This document shows positions 1-10,153 of a stretch of 64,000 nucleotides of DNA, piece by piece. Within the stretch, counting starts at the first letter, position 1; each line of letters begins with the position of its first letter. The stretch is from positions 896,001 through 960,000 of the forward strand of contig CAWIKF010000002.1 of NCBI GenBank assembly GCA_963836755.1. Reading direction: 5' to 3'. The notes beneath the pieces were generated by a model. That model did no database searches and had not been told where the DNA came from. It saw only the letters and a program-made list of their open reading frames with translations. This stretch comes from an uncultured Verrucomicrobiae bacterium (GTDB lineage: Bacteria; Verrucomicrobiota; Verrucomicrobiia; Chthoniobacterales; Chthoniobacteraceae). A program made the translations under genes and the position numbers.

Positions 1-485
1 TCAAGGAAAAACTGGGCGTCTACGAAGGTAAAACAGTTTGTTTCGTCGGCGATGGCGCGTGCAACGTCGCGCAATCGTGGATGTGGGCGGCGGCGATATG
101 CGACTTCAAGCTGCACATTGCCGCGCCGCCGAATTTCCAGCCGCCAGCCGCGCTGCTCGACGCGCTCGACAGCGACAACGTTCACATTTTCGAAAACCTC
201 GAGGCGGCGGCGCGCGGCGCGGATGTTCTTTACACCGATGTCTGGGTGAGCATGGGCCGGGAGGATGAAACAGCGTTCCGCCTCGCGCAGCTCGGCAGCT
301 ACCAGATCAATGCGGAGCTGCTGCGGCACGCCCCGAACGCGCTGGTGATGCATTGCCTGCCGGCGTATCGCGGGAAAGAAATCACGGACGACGTTTTCGA
401 GCGGCACGCGCAGACGATTTTCGACCAGGCGGAAAATCGGCTGCACGCGCAGAAGGCCGTGCTGAGCCTGCTGGCGGGCGATTGA
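1..485 (+). CDS. argF: Ornithine carbamoyltransferase, 3' part (5' end outside window)
   Basis: Frame open from nt 3 (KEKLG..FVGDGACNVAQS); YTDVWVSMG, MHCLPA and FDQAENRLH motifs. Confidence 0.95.
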   Translation, partial: KEKLGVYEGKTVCFVGDGACNVAQSWMWAAAICDFKLHIAAPPNFQPPAALLDALDSDNVHIFENLEAAARGADVLYTDVWVSMGREDETAFRLAQLGSYQINAELLRHAPNALVMHCLPAYRGKEITDDVFERHAQTIFDQAENRLHAQKAVLSLLAGD

Positions 486-502
486 CGCGGCAATTTAAAG
501 CA

Positions 503-530
503 TTGCCAGTCGCGCGGAAGCCATTAGACT
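503..530 (+). promoter_or_regulatory. Putative sigma70-type promoter of hppA
   Basis: TTGCCA-16 nt-TAGACT, 27 nt before the ATG. Confidence 0.45.
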
Positions 531-557
531 CACCGCTCTTTTTCCCCTTAAAAAAAT

Positions 558-2657
558 ATGGTTTTTGCCGCCGATCTCCTCCTCGACCACGGGATTACGC
601 TCGCGCTTTTCTGCGCCGTGGCCGGGCTCGTATTCGCAATTTATTTGATCAAAAAAATCGTCAGCTCATCGCCCGGAAACGCGCGGATGCAGCAGATCGC
701 GAGCGCGATCGAGGAAGGCGCGAAGGCTTATCTCAACCGGCAGGTGCTGACCATTTCCGTGATCGCGGCGGTCATCGTGGTGTTGCTGCTGATTTTTAAA
801 GACGTCTCGACGGCGATCGGTTTTGTCATCGGCGCGGCGTGCTCGTTGTCGGCCGGTTTTATCGGAATGCGCATCGCGGTGCTCGCGAATACGCGCACGA
901 CGCAGGCGGCGACCGTTTCGCGGCATAGCGCGATGCGTGTGGCGTTCAACGGCGGCGCTGTCACGGGACTGCTGGTGGTCGGGCTCGCGCTGCTCGCTGT
1001 CGGAATTTTTTACGTGATCGCAGCAAAAATGATCGGTGCGGATGCCGCGATTAAAAGTCTCGTCGGCCTCGCGCTCGGCTCGAGTTTGATCAGCGTCTTT
1101 GCGCGATTGGGCGGCGGCATTTACACAAAAGCCGCGGATGTCGGCGCTGATCTTGTCGGCAAAATCGAAAGCAATCTCGACGAAGATGATCCGCGCAATC
1201 CGGCGACGATTGCGGACAACGTCGGCGACAATGTCGGCGATTGCGCGGGCATGGCCGCGGACGTTTTTGAAACTTATGCAGTCAGCTTGATCGGCGCGAT
1301 TTTGCTCGGCTCGCTCACGCTCGGCGGCAACCACGCAGCGGTCGTTTATCCATTTGTGCTCGGCGGTATTTCCGTGCTCGGCGCGATCGTCGGCATCCTG
1401 TTTGTCAATTTCAGCAAAGGCCATCCGGGCGCGGTGCTGATGGGCGCGGTGCTCGCGAGCGGCATCGTCTCGGCCATTTTATATTGGCCGGCCACGCATG
1501 AACTTTTTCCCGTCGCGATGAAAATCGGCGGCGTCATGCACGGACCGACTGACCTTTATTTCGCATCGCTCGTCGGCCTCGTCATGACCGGCGTCGTCGT
1601 GATCATCACGAATTACTACACGTCCACTGCCTATTCGCCGGTGCGAAAAATTGCGAAGGCTTCCGAGACCGGCCACGCGACCAATATCATCGCCGGCCTC
1701 GCGATCGGCCAGCACGCGACTGCGTTGCCGGTCGGTTTCATCGGCATCGCGATTCTGCTTTCATTCCATTTTGCCGGTCTTTACGGAATCGCAATCGCGG
1801 TTACGAGCATGCTTTCAATGGCGGGCGTCATCATCTCGCTCGACGCGTTCGGTCCGATCACCGACAACGCCGGCGGCATCGCCGTCATGAGCGGTTTGCC
1901 GAAGGAAGTGCGGCACGTCACCGACGAACTCGACGCCGTCGGCAACACGATGAAGGCCGTGACGAAAGGCTACGCGATCGCATCGGCTGGTCTCGCGGCG
2001 CTGGTTTTATTCGGCTCGTATGTTGAGGAATTGAAAGCGCACATGGCCGGTCATCCCGGCGTCGATCTGCATTTTCTCGAATTTTCGCTCACCGAGCCAA
2101 AGGTGATTATCGGACTCTTCATCGGCGGTCTGTTACCGTTTGTTTTCACCGCATTCAGCATGGACGCGGTCGGCAAAGCGGCGGGCGCAGTCGTCCGCGA
2201 AGTGCGCCGGCAGCTCGCGGCGAAGCCCGGAATCTTACGCGGTGAGGAAACGCCGGATTACGGCACGTGCGTGGACATTGTCACAAAAGCTGCGCTGCGC
2301 GAAATGATCGTGCCGGCGCTTTTGCCAGTAGTTTTCGTCCTCGCCGTCGCCGCGATTCCCGCTCTCGGCCCAGTCGTTTTGGGCGGTGTGCTTGTCGGAA
2401 CAATCGTTACCGGTTTGTTTGTGGCGATCGCGATGACTTCGAGCGGCGGCGCATGGGACAATGCGAAAAAGTTCATCGAGGAAGGGAATCACGGCGGCAA
2501 AGGTTCGCCCGCGCACGCAGCCTCGGTTACTGGCGATACCGTCGGTGATCCTTACAAAGACACTGCCGGGCCGGCGATCAATCCGATGATCAAAGTCGTC
2601 AACATTCTCGCGATTTTAATCATCCCGATTTTCCTGAAACTCTGGTTCGGAAAGTAG
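558..2657 (+). CDS. hppA: Membrane-bound H+-translocating pyrophosphatase, probably K+-independent
   Basis: Many TM segments; [36 protein letters not shown]; Lys in GNTMKA. Confidence 0.95.
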   Translation: MVFAADLLLDHGITLALFCAVAGLVFAIYLIKKIVSSSPGNARMQQIASAIEEGAKAYLNRQVLTISVIAAVIVVLLLIFKDVSTAIGFVIGAACSLSAGFIGMRIAVLANTRTTQAATVSRHSAMRVAFNGGAVTGLLVVGLALLAVGIFYVIAAKMIGADAAIKSLVGLALGSSLISVFARLGGGIYTKAADVGADLVGKIESNLDEDDPRNPATIADNVGDNVGDCAGMAADVFETYAVSLIGAILLGSLTLGGNHAAVVYPFVLGGISVLGAIVGILFVNFSKGHPGAVLMGAVLASGIVSAILYWPATHELFPVAMKIGGVMHGPTDLYFASLVGLVMTGVVVIITNYYTSTAYSPVRKIAKASETGHATNIIAGLAIGQHATALPVGFIGIAILLSFHFAGLYGIAIAVTSMLSMAGVIISLDAFGPITDNAGGIAVMSGLPKEVRHVTDELDAVGNTMKAVTKGYAIASAGLAALVLFGSYVEELKAHMAGHPGVDLHFLEFSLTEPKVIIGLFIGGLLPFVFTAFSMDAVGKAAGAVVREVRRQLAAKPGILRGEETPDYGTCVDIVTKAALREMIVPALLPVVFVLAVAAIPALGPVVLGGVLVGTIVTGLFVAIAMTSSGGAWDNAKKFIEEGNHGGKGSPAHAASVTGDTVGDPYKDTAGPAINPMIKVVNILAILIIPIFLKLWFGK

Positions 2658-2666
2658 CCGCGCGGC

Positions 2667-4757
2667 TCAGTGGTGGAACACGTTTTTGAGCGTGTTGCCG
2701 ATTTTATCCCACGCAGTCGGCGGCGGAGCGACGTGGCGCGCATGGTGCACGCCAGAACTTGAGCGCATGGCGAACTGCACTTTTTGCGCCTCACCTTTCG
2801 CGAGTGAAATTGTTTTTTTGCGGTCTGGGTAATCCTCGAGCCGGGCGAGCACTTCGTGCTTGCCGAGAGGGGCCTCGAAGGTCAAAGGCGTGACGCCGAT
2901 GCTGTTGCCATCGAGCAAAATCTCGGCGCCGGCCGGGGTGCTGGAAAAGTAGAGCGTGCCGGTGGTTTGATGGAGCGGGACAGTTTCCGGCGAAGTCGTT
3001 TGATCGGTTTCCACCACTGCCGAAACGGAAGCTGTGTCGTATCCGTCCAATGCCAGTTGGACGCCGTCATATTTTCCAGCGGGCAACGGAATGTTTAACG
3101 GAGTTTTCCCCAGCTCGCGATTTCCCACGGAGACAGTTGCGCCCACCGGATCGCTGTTTAGAACGAGCGTTCCCTGGCCGAACTTCCACTCGATGACGTC
3201 CGTTGCTCCACGTTTGATTTCAATCGTGCGCGTAAAATCCGGCCAGCCAGCGCGAGCAATTTTTACCGCGTAAGTTCCAGTCGGCAGATCGCGGATCGTC
3301 TGCGGCGATTGGCCAGTCACCGGCTTTGTGTCCGGGCGCGAGATCTCGAAATCGCAACCTTCGGGCGTCGTCATGATTTGCAGTCCGCCGACGCTGCGCG
3401 TGAGCGCGACCGTGCCGAGATCGTTGAACCGATTTGCGGAAATCTCCGCTTGTAGATCCACCGGTTCGTAACCTTCGAGAACAATGTGGACCGGATAATC
3501 TCCGGTTTGGATCCCCTTGAAAGTCGCAGGCGTTGTCTCGACGGCATCTCCGCCGAGCGAGACGGTCGCGCCGGGCGGCGAAGTTTTGACCATCAATCCT
3601 CCGTGCAGAATCGGCGCGACGGCGGCGGGGGCGGTGACGACCACCGCTTGCGGAACGTTGACGGCTTGTTGATGCTCAGGTTTGTGGTGAAAAAGGATTG
3701 CGGCCGATATTAAAAATACAGCGCCGACTGCCAGGTAGACCCAATTTAAAAACTGAACACCTCGTTCTGGCGCGGGCGTTTGCGGAATGAGCGCCGCGCT
3801 GCGACTCGTCAACATTTCCAAAGGCGCGGTGGGCGCGCCGATGCCAAGAAGCTGCAACAATGCTCCCGCGCTTTGCGGACGCTGCGCAGGGTTTTTCGCG
3901 AGACAGGCTGCGATCGCATTCTCCCAGACTTCCGGAACGGGCTCGCCGGTGACGTCGAGCAGCGCGCGGCGTTTCGCGATCGGGTCGGGCACGACTTCGC
4001 GGACTTGGAGCGTGAGATTTCCCGAGTGGAACGGCGGCTTGCTCGTGAACAATTCGTAAAGCGTCGCGCCGAGCGCATAAATATCGTCGAGCGCGGAGGG
4101 CTGCTCGCCCTGCATTTGCTGCGGGCTCATGTAAGCGAGGGTGCCGCCGGAGCCGCCCCACATGCTCACGCGATTCACGGAGTTCATGAGGCTGCACGCG
4201 ATGCCGAAGTCGGCGATTTTTAAAATGCCGCGCGAGGTGACCATGATGTTCGCGGCCTTCAAATCGCGATGCACGAGCCGCGCGCTTTCGTGCGCGTAGC
4301 CGAGCGCAGCGCAGAGCGCGGGCATCCACGCGGTGAGCTCGGCGGGCTCGAAAATCTTATTCGTTTTCTCGATCCGCAAATGCGAAAGCGTCGCGCCGTC
4401 GATGTATTCCATCGAAATCGCCGCAGCCTGCTCATCCTCCACGAAATCATAAATGCGGATGATGTTTGGATGCGTGAGGTCGAGGCTTTTGCGTGTCTCG
4501 CGCTTGAGGTCGTCACGCGCGGCTGAGTCGAGAAAAAGCATCTCGGGCAAAAGTTTTAGCGCCACATCGCGCTCGAGCCGCTCATCGAGCGCGAGCCAGA
4601 CGATGCCCATGCCGCCGCGGCCGAGCATTTTTTTCAAGCGGTAGCGCTTGAAGACCGACATGCCGGGCGAAAGCGAGCGCACGGTCTGGCCGAGATCGAT
4701 CGGCTCGCGCGATTCGTCCCCAATCTCTGCACATATGAAAGCCGCTGATGAATGCAT
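2667..4757 (-). CDS. Hanks-type Ser/Thr kinase with a TM helix and C-terminal PEGA repeats
   Basis: LGRGGMGIV, VALK, HRDLKAAN, DFG, GTLAYMSP; TM segment; repeated GxLxxxS/TxPxGA PEGA starts; start uncertain (ATG 4757 or GTG 4787). Confidence 0.88.
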   Translation of the reverse strand: MHSSAAFICAEIGDESREPIDLGQTVRSLSPGMSVFKRYRLKKMLGRGGMGIVWLALDERLERDVALKLLPEMLFLDSAARDDLKRETRKSLDLTHPNIIRIYDFVEDEQAAAISMEYIDGATLSHLRIEKTNKIFEPAELTAWMPALCAALGYAHESARLVHRDLKAANIMVTSRGILKIADFGIACSLMNSVNRVSMWGGSGGTLAYMSPQQMQGEQPSALDDIYALGATLYELFTSKPPFHSGNLTLQVREVVPDPIAKRRALLDVTGEPVPEVWENAIAACLAKNPAQRPQSAGALLQLLGIGAPTAPLEMLTSRSAALIPQTPAPERGVQFLNWVYLAVGAVFLISAAILFHHKPEHQQAVNVPQAVVVTAPAAVAPILHGGLMVKTSPPGATVSLGGDAVETTPATFKGIQTGDYPVHIVLEGYEPVDLQAEISANRFNDLGTVALTRSVGGLQIMTTPEGCDFEISRPDTKPVTGQSPQTIRDLPTGTYAVKIARAGWPDFTRTIEIKRGATDVIEWKFGQGTLVLNSDPVGATVSVGNRELGKTPLNIPLPAGKYDGVQLALDGYDTASVSAVVETDQTTSPETVPLHQTTGTLYFSSTPAGAEILLDGNSIGVTPLTFEAPLGKHEVLARLEDYPDRKKTISLAKGEAQKVQFAMRSSSGVHHARHVAPPPTAWDKIGNTLKNVFHH

Positions 4758-4844
4758 CGTTGTGGTAGAGAGAATGTTTCGTGCCACTCGCGCTGCGTTT
4801 TTCTTTTGACAGCCACGGCGGTTTTCATCACCGAATTAGTCGGG

Positions 4845-5699
4845 ATGGAAGTTGCTCCGGCTGCATGGCTCGAAACAAAACTCGGTGTGCGCTTTCCGAT
4901 TTCCGGCACCTGCTCGATCGGCCGCGCGCAGTCGAACGCGTTTGTGATCCCGTCCAAGCGCGTCTCGCGCCGCCACGCGCTGCTGCATCAGCACGGCGAC
5001 GGCGAATATCTTTTGGTCGATCTCGGCAGCAGCAACGGCACGATCCTGAACGGCCGCCGCATCGATCACATGACGGTGCTGCACGATGGCGACATGATTG
5101 AGATCGGCTCCGCGCGGCTGCTTTTTCGCAGCAGCAGCGCCGGCGAATCGGTGCTGGAAATTCCGACCGAAGATTCGTCGACATCCGCGGTGCCGTGCTG
5201 GTTGCTCGTTGCCGGAACCGAAAACGCGCAAGCTGCGAAACACGAGGAACCGGCGGATGAAAGTTTTAAAACCGTCGCCTCATGGTCGCTGCAATGCGAG
5301 CAGGTCATCCGCCGCTGCGGCGGAGAAGTCGCGCGGCAATCGACGGAGGAAATTTTTGCCTATTGGCGCAATGACAATGGCAACGGCGGCACCACGCGCA
5401 AAATCGTCGACGCGCTGAAACAGTTGCGCGCGCTGCAGGAAAAAGAGCGGCATCGCTTCCGCGTCTCGCTTCATTTCGCAAAAGTCGTCATCGAGCCCGC
5501 GCGCGGAAATGGCTGCGAATCGCTCGAGGGAAGCGGCGTGACTTTCGCCTTTCATTTGCACCGGCTCATCTGGCGTTTCGACGCGCCGTGCCTCATGAGC
5601 AAAGCCGCCGCGGACGCGCTTGGGGCGCTGCATCCCGCGCGGCCGCTCGATCTCGGCGAAAACATCAGCGAGACAAACCACCCACTTTTCACCTGCTGA
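4845..5699 (+). CDS. FHA-domain protein with a degenerate class III nucleotidyl-cyclase-like C-terminal domain
   Basis: IGR..VSRRHA..DLGSSNGT..LHDGDMIEIG (FHA); C-terminal CWLLVA..IFAYW..FRVSLH..GVTFAFHL. Confidence 0.75.
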   Translation: MEVAPAAWLETKLGVRFPISGTCSIGRAQSNAFVIPSKRVSRRHALLHQHGDGEYLLVDLGSSNGTILNGRRIDHMTVLHDGDMIEIGSARLLFRSSSAGESVLEIPTEDSSTSAVPCWLLVAGTENAQAAKHEEPADESFKTVASWSLQCEQVIRRCGGEVARQSTEEIFAYWRNDNGNGGTTRKIVDALKQLRALQEKERHRFRVSLHFAKVVIEPARGNGCESLEGSGVTFAFHLHRLIWRFDAPCLMSKAAADALGALHPARPLDLGENISETNHPLFTC

Positions 5700-5756
5700 A
5701 AAAGGTTGCGCGCACTGTTGCGGCTGCACGCGGCACGGCGTAAAACATTTTCGCAA

Positions 5757-7592
5757 ATGGAAAATTTCCTGCTTCAGGACGAGCCGTCAACGCCGCGCCA
5801 GATCCCGGCTCGTGATCAAATCCCGATCTCGGACACGTGGGATTTGACGCAACTTTACGCGACGTCCGATGCGTGGGCGAAGGAGCTGGCGAAATTGCAG
5901 CGCGAATATGGAAAGCTCGCGGAGTTCAAAGGCCGCGTCGGCGCGTCGGCGCAGGCGTTGCGAGATTGCCTCGAGTTCGACAAGGCGCTGAGCCTCACGA
6001 TCGAGCGGCTGCACCATTACTCGAGCTTGAAAACTTCCGAGGACAGCTCGGATGCGGAGAATTTAAAACGCGAAGGCGAGCTCCAAAATCTGCTGACGAA
6101 AGTCGCGGAGACGAGTGCGTTTTTGATTCCGGAAATCCAGGCGATCGATGACGAAAACTTTGAAAATTTTGTAAACGATCCGCTGCTCGGCGACTGGAAA
6201 ATTTTCCTGCAAAAAATCCGCCGCATGCGCCCGCACACGCTCAGCGAGCGCGAGGAGCGGCTTCTGGCGCTCGGCGCGAGCGCGCTCGGCGGCCACCACG
6301 AAACTTTTTCGCAACTCACCAATGTCGACATGAAATTCGGCTCGCTGCGCGATGAGCGCGGCGAAGAGCGGCCGCTGTCGCAAAGTTCGTTTTCTTCATT
6401 TTTGGTCAATCGCGATCCCGAGGTGCGCCGGCGCGCGTTCCATCAATTTTACGCCGAGTTCAAGGATCACGAATTCACGCTCGCGTCCGGCCTCGCGCAT
6501 TCCGTGCGCACGGATGTTTTTTACGCGCGAGCGAGAAATTATCCGTCGGCGCGCGACGCCGCGCTGTTTCGCGACGACATGCCGGCCGCGGTTTACGACA
6601 ACTTGATCGCGAGCGTCCGCGCGAATCTTGCGCCGCTGCATCATTATTATGAGCTGCGCCGTCGCGTGCTGCAGCTCGACGAGATTCATCATTACGACAC
6701 CTACGTGCCGATGGTCGGCGACATTGAAACGCGCGTCAGTTTTGACGAGGCGACCGAGCAGGTGCTGGCCGCGCTCGCACCGCTCGGCGACGAATATGCC
6801 GGCGCGCTTGCGGACGGGCTGCGAACGCGGCGCTGGTGCGATCGCTACGAAAGCAAAGGCAAACGCAGCGGCGCATTTTCATCGTCGAGCTACGGGAATC
6901 CTCCGTTCATTCTGATGAATTACAAAAGCGATGTGTTCTCGGATGTTTACACACTTGCGCACGAGGCTGGACATTCGATGCACACGTGGTTCTCGCAGAA
7001 ATCGCAGCACTTTCAAAACTACGATTACCCGATTTTCCTCGCGGAAGTCGCGAGCACTTTCAACGAGGAATTGCTCACGCATCATCTCCTCGAAAAAACC
7101 GATGATCCGAAAATGCGCGCCTATTTGCTCAACCGCCAGATCGACGACATTCGGGGCACGGTTTATCGGCAGACGATGTTTGCGGAGTTTGAAAAAATCA
7201 CGCACGAGCTCGAGGAAGCGGGCGAGGCACTGACGCTCGATGTCTTCCGCCAAAAGTATCGCGAGCTGCTCGATGTTTATTTCGGGAAAAATTTCGCGCT
7301 CGATGCAGAGCTCGATTTGGAATGCCTGCGCATCCCGCATTTTTACAGCGCGTTTTATGTTTATAAATATGCGACTGGCATGTCGGCCGCGGTCAGTCTC
7401 GCGCAAAAAGTTTTGCACGGCTCGGCCGAAGACACGGAGGCATATCTCGGTTTTCTAAAATCGGGCGGTTCGAAATTTCCGCTGCCGACGCTACTCGCAG
7501 CGGGCGTCGACATGTCGAACGCCGCGCCGATCGAGCGCACGCTGAAACTTTTCGCCGATCGCGTTTCGGAATTGGAAACGCTGCTCGCCTGA
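5757..7592 (+). CDS. pepF: Oligoendopeptidase F (M3B)
   Basis: TWDL, GKRSGAFS, HEAGHSMH zinc motif, AEVAS, RIPHFY..FYVYKYA. Confidence 0.93.
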   Translation: MENFLLQDEPSTPRQIPARDQIPISDTWDLTQLYATSDAWAKELAKLQREYGKLAEFKGRVGASAQALRDCLEFDKALSLTIERLHHYSSLKTSEDSSDAENLKREGELQNLLTKVAETSAFLIPEIQAIDDENFENFVNDPLLGDWKIFLQKIRRMRPHTLSEREERLLALGASALGGHHETFSQLTNVDMKFGSLRDERGEERPLSQSSFSSFLVNRDPEVRRRAFHQFYAEFKDHEFTLASGLAHSVRTDVFYARARNYPSARDAALFRDDMPAAVYDNLIASVRANLAPLHHYYELRRRVLQLDEIHHYDTYVPMVGDIETRVSFDEATEQVLAALAPLGDEYAGALADGLRTRRWCDRYESKGKRSGAFSSSSYGNPPFILMNYKSDVFSDVYTLAHEAGHSMHTWFSQKSQHFQNYDYPIFLAEVASTFNEELLTHHLLEKTDDPKMRAYLLNRQIDDIRGTVYRQTMFAEFEKITHELEEAGEALTLDVFRQKYRELLDVYFGKNFALDAELDLECLRIPHFYSAFYVYKYATGMSAAVSLAQKVLHGSAEDTEAYLGFLKSGGSKFPLPTLLAAGVDMSNAAPIERTLKLFADRVSELETLLA

Positions 7593-7624
7593 AACGAGCA
7601 AGCTTGTTTTCAAAAAAAGGCGGA

Positions 7625-8656
7625 ATGCGCGGAAGCCGCTTCACACCTTGCTTCGCGCTGATTCTTTTCGCGGCTTCAGCGAGCGCTGCGCCCTTTCGAT
7701 GGACAGTCGGCGGCGATGTTGCCGCGCCTCAATTTAATTCCGCTGATGCCGAACCCGGCGTGGTGCATGATGGAAAAAACCTGCGCGTTCAAATTGCACT
7801 TTGGCCAAACTGGCGGCGCTTTTCGGGAAAAGATTTCGATCATCTGACGCCGCTGCCGGATGCGCAGCGCGATGATTCGTTCGACCAGCCACACGGCGAC
7901 GATGCGTATTGGACGACGGGAATTTGGAACGATGCAGTGGGCAAGTTTTACGCCATCGTGCACGTGGAATATGATTACGCGAAACCGCGGCGCGCATTTC
8001 TTTGGCGTCGGCGAATCGGGCTCGCGACGTCAACGGATCTGGGTGCGCACTGGAATTACGAGGGCGACATCTTGCGCACGAATCCCGCGCGGCGCGGAAA
8101 ACCGAGTGCGCAGTTTTTTGATTTTGGTTGCGGCGACACTTATTTGTTCCCCGATCGCCGCAGCGGATTTTTCTACATTTTCTACATGACGGCGTGGGTG
8201 AAAACCGGGAGCGGCGAGCGGATCGCGCAGGCGATGAATGTCGCGCGAAGCCCGATGAGTAAAGGAATGGCGGCTGGTTCATGGAAAAAATGGAATGGAA
8301 ATGGCTGGACTGAACCGGGCTTGGGCGGCGCTGAAACTCCCGTCTTTCGGGGCGCGGACAGCGCGTCGGTTCATTTCAATTCCTACCTCGGCGCATTCGT
8401 CGCGCTTGGCCGCGATTCGGATGCGCGCTGCTGGATCGCGACGTGTCCGAGCCTCGCCGCAGAGCGCTGGACGCGGCGCGACTACGCATTTCCGCAGCGA
8501 TTTTATTGGTATAATTGGGCGGTCGATTCGGCGACGAATGAGTGCTGCGAGATTGGACAAACTTTTCGCGTTTACTCGTCGCAAGCGGCCACGGCGGGAG
8601 TGGGATCAAAGTTCATGGAAGTGAAATTTTTGGAATCGCAGGCGAGGTCAAAATGA
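7625..8656 (+). CDS. Secreted hypothetical protein, possible beta-propeller/glycosidase-like fold
   Basis: Signal peptide ending ASA-A; Asp-box-like STDLGAHW; Trp-rich. Confidence 0.55.
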   Translation: MRGSRFTPCFALILFAASASAAPFRWTVGGDVAAPQFNSADAEPGVVHDGKNLRVQIALWPNWRRFSGKDFDHLTPLPDAQRDDSFDQPHGDDAYWTTGIWNDAVGKFYAIVHVEYDYAKPRRAFLWRRRIGLATSTDLGAHWNYEGDILRTNPARRGKPSAQFFDFGCGDTYLFPDRRSGFFYIFYMTAWVKTGSGERIAQAMNVARSPMSKGMAAGSWKKWNGNGWTEPGLGGAETPVFRGADSASVHFNSYLGAFVALGRDSDARCWIATCPSLAAERWTRRDYAFPQRFYWYNWAVDSATNECCEIGQTFRVYSSQAATAGVGSKFMEVKFLESQARSK

Positions 8657-8711
8657 AGAATCTGCGAATTTTCCATTTGGAAAAAGTGAGAGCCGGAAAA
8701 ATAATAAAACT

Positions 8712-9185
8712 GTGCAAGATTTTGAACGAAAGGTGAGTGCGGCGCAGGGTTATTCCGAGCTCGGGATGCATCGCGAGGCGCTGGCGGAATTGAATGCGCT
8801 CGATGAATCGGCTCAGGAGCAGCCGGAGATTCTGGAAATGCGGCTGCTGATTTTGATGCATGCGAAAAAGTGGAAGGAGGCGCTGGCGATCAGCCGCCGG
8901 CTCTGCAAATCTGCGCCGGAGTCGCACGCGGGATTCGTGCATGCGGCTTTTTGTTTGCACGAACTTGGCAAAACCGATGAGGCAAAAACTGTTCTTCTCG
9001 GCGGGCCGGCATCGCTGAGCAATGAACCGACTTATCATTACAATCTCGCGTGCTACGAATGCGCGCTGGGGAATCTCGAGGCTGCGCGCGCTCATCTGGA
9101 TGTGAGTTTTTCGATGGACAAAAAGTTCCGCGAGTTTGCGAGGACGGATCCGGATTTGGCGCCGCTGCGTCGCGAGGAGTCGTAG
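8712..9185 (+). CDS. TPR-like helical repeat protein
   Basis: AAQGYSELGM..ALAEL; YNLACYECALG; ARTDPDLAPL. Confidence 0.75.
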   Translation: MQDFERKVSAAQGYSELGMHREALAELNALDESAQEQPEILEMRLLILMHAKKWKEALAISRRLCKSAPESHAGFVHAAFCLHELGKTDEAKTVLLGGPASLSNEPTYHYNLACYECALGNLEAARAHLDVSFSMDKKFREFARTDPDLAPLRREES

Positions 9186-9343
9186 GGACAACACCAACAT
9201 TTTGTTGACAGCGGCGTAAAGATTTGGAAATTTGCGCAACGTTAGTCCGCGCTAAACGGCAGTTCGCCTCTCGGCTGAAACTTCCTTCGCTACCGAAAGC
9301 TGGCGCATTCCTTTTTATTTTACCGGAAATCCAATTCCCCGAT

Positions 9344-10099
9344 ATGGCGGGTCATAGCAAGTGGTCGAAAGTCAAGCGCTTCAAAGGCGCTCTCGATGTG
9401 AAGCGTGGAAAGCTTTTTTCAAAACTTTCCAAGGAAATCACTGTCGCCACGAAGCTGGGCGGCGGCGATGCCGGCGCAAATCCGCGGCTCCGCAGCGCAA
9501 TCCTCGCGGCGCGCGCGCAGTCGATGCCGAATGAAAATATCGAGCGCGCGATCAAGCGCGGGACGGGCGAGGGTGCGGACGCGCCGAATTTTGAGGAGTT
9601 GATTTATGAGGGTTATGCGCCGGGCGGCGTGGCGGTGATCGTCGAGGTGGCGACGGATAACAAAAACCGCGCGGCCGCGGATTTGCGGCTCATTTTTACC
9701 AAGCATCACGGCCATCTCGCATCGAGCAGGAGCGTTTCCTACATGTTTCACCGCAAGGGGATGATCACGCTGCGGCGCGAGCAAATCGCGGAGGATCGAC
9801 TGCTGGAAATTGTGCTCGAAGCCGGCGCGGAAGAGTTGACAAGCGATGATGAACATTATGTCATCAGGACCGCGCACGACCGGCTTTACGCGGTCGCGGA
9901 GGTGCTGAAGAACGCGGGCTTGGCTGCGGATTCGCAAAAACTGACCTACATCCCTGAATCCACTGTGCCGGTGGCGGACGAATCAACGGCAGCAGAAGTG
10001 ATTGGCCTCTGCGACGCGCTCGAGGACAACGACGACGTGCAGAACGTGTATTCGAATTTTGACGTGCCGGAAGAAGGTCTGGCCAAGATTTCCGCTTAA
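9344..10099 (+). CDS. yebC: YebC/PmpR family protein (copy 1)
   Basis: MAGHSKW, NPRLR..A, YEGYAPGGVA, TDNKNR, DDVQNVYSN. Confidence 0.93.
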   Translation: MAGHSKWSKVKRFKGALDVKRGKLFSKLSKEITVATKLGGGDAGANPRLRSAILAARAQSMPNENIERAIKRGTGEGADAPNFEELIYEGYAPGGVAVIVEVATDNKNRAAADLRLIFTKHHGHLASSRSVSYMFHRKGMITLRREQIAEDRLLEIVLEAGAEELTSDDEHYVIRTAHDRLYAVAEVLKNAGLAADSQKLTYIPESTVPVADESTAAEVIGLCDALEDNDDVQNVYSNFDVPEEGLAKISA

Positions 10100-10153
10100 A
10101 TTTTTCACTCATTTTGAAGTGCGGATTCCGAGCCGACTTCGCACCCAGATTAC

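Noticed and set aside
4772..4790. sigma54 site upstream of the kinase (TGGCAC-GAAAC-ATTC)
   Set aside because: Lacks the conserved GC at -12
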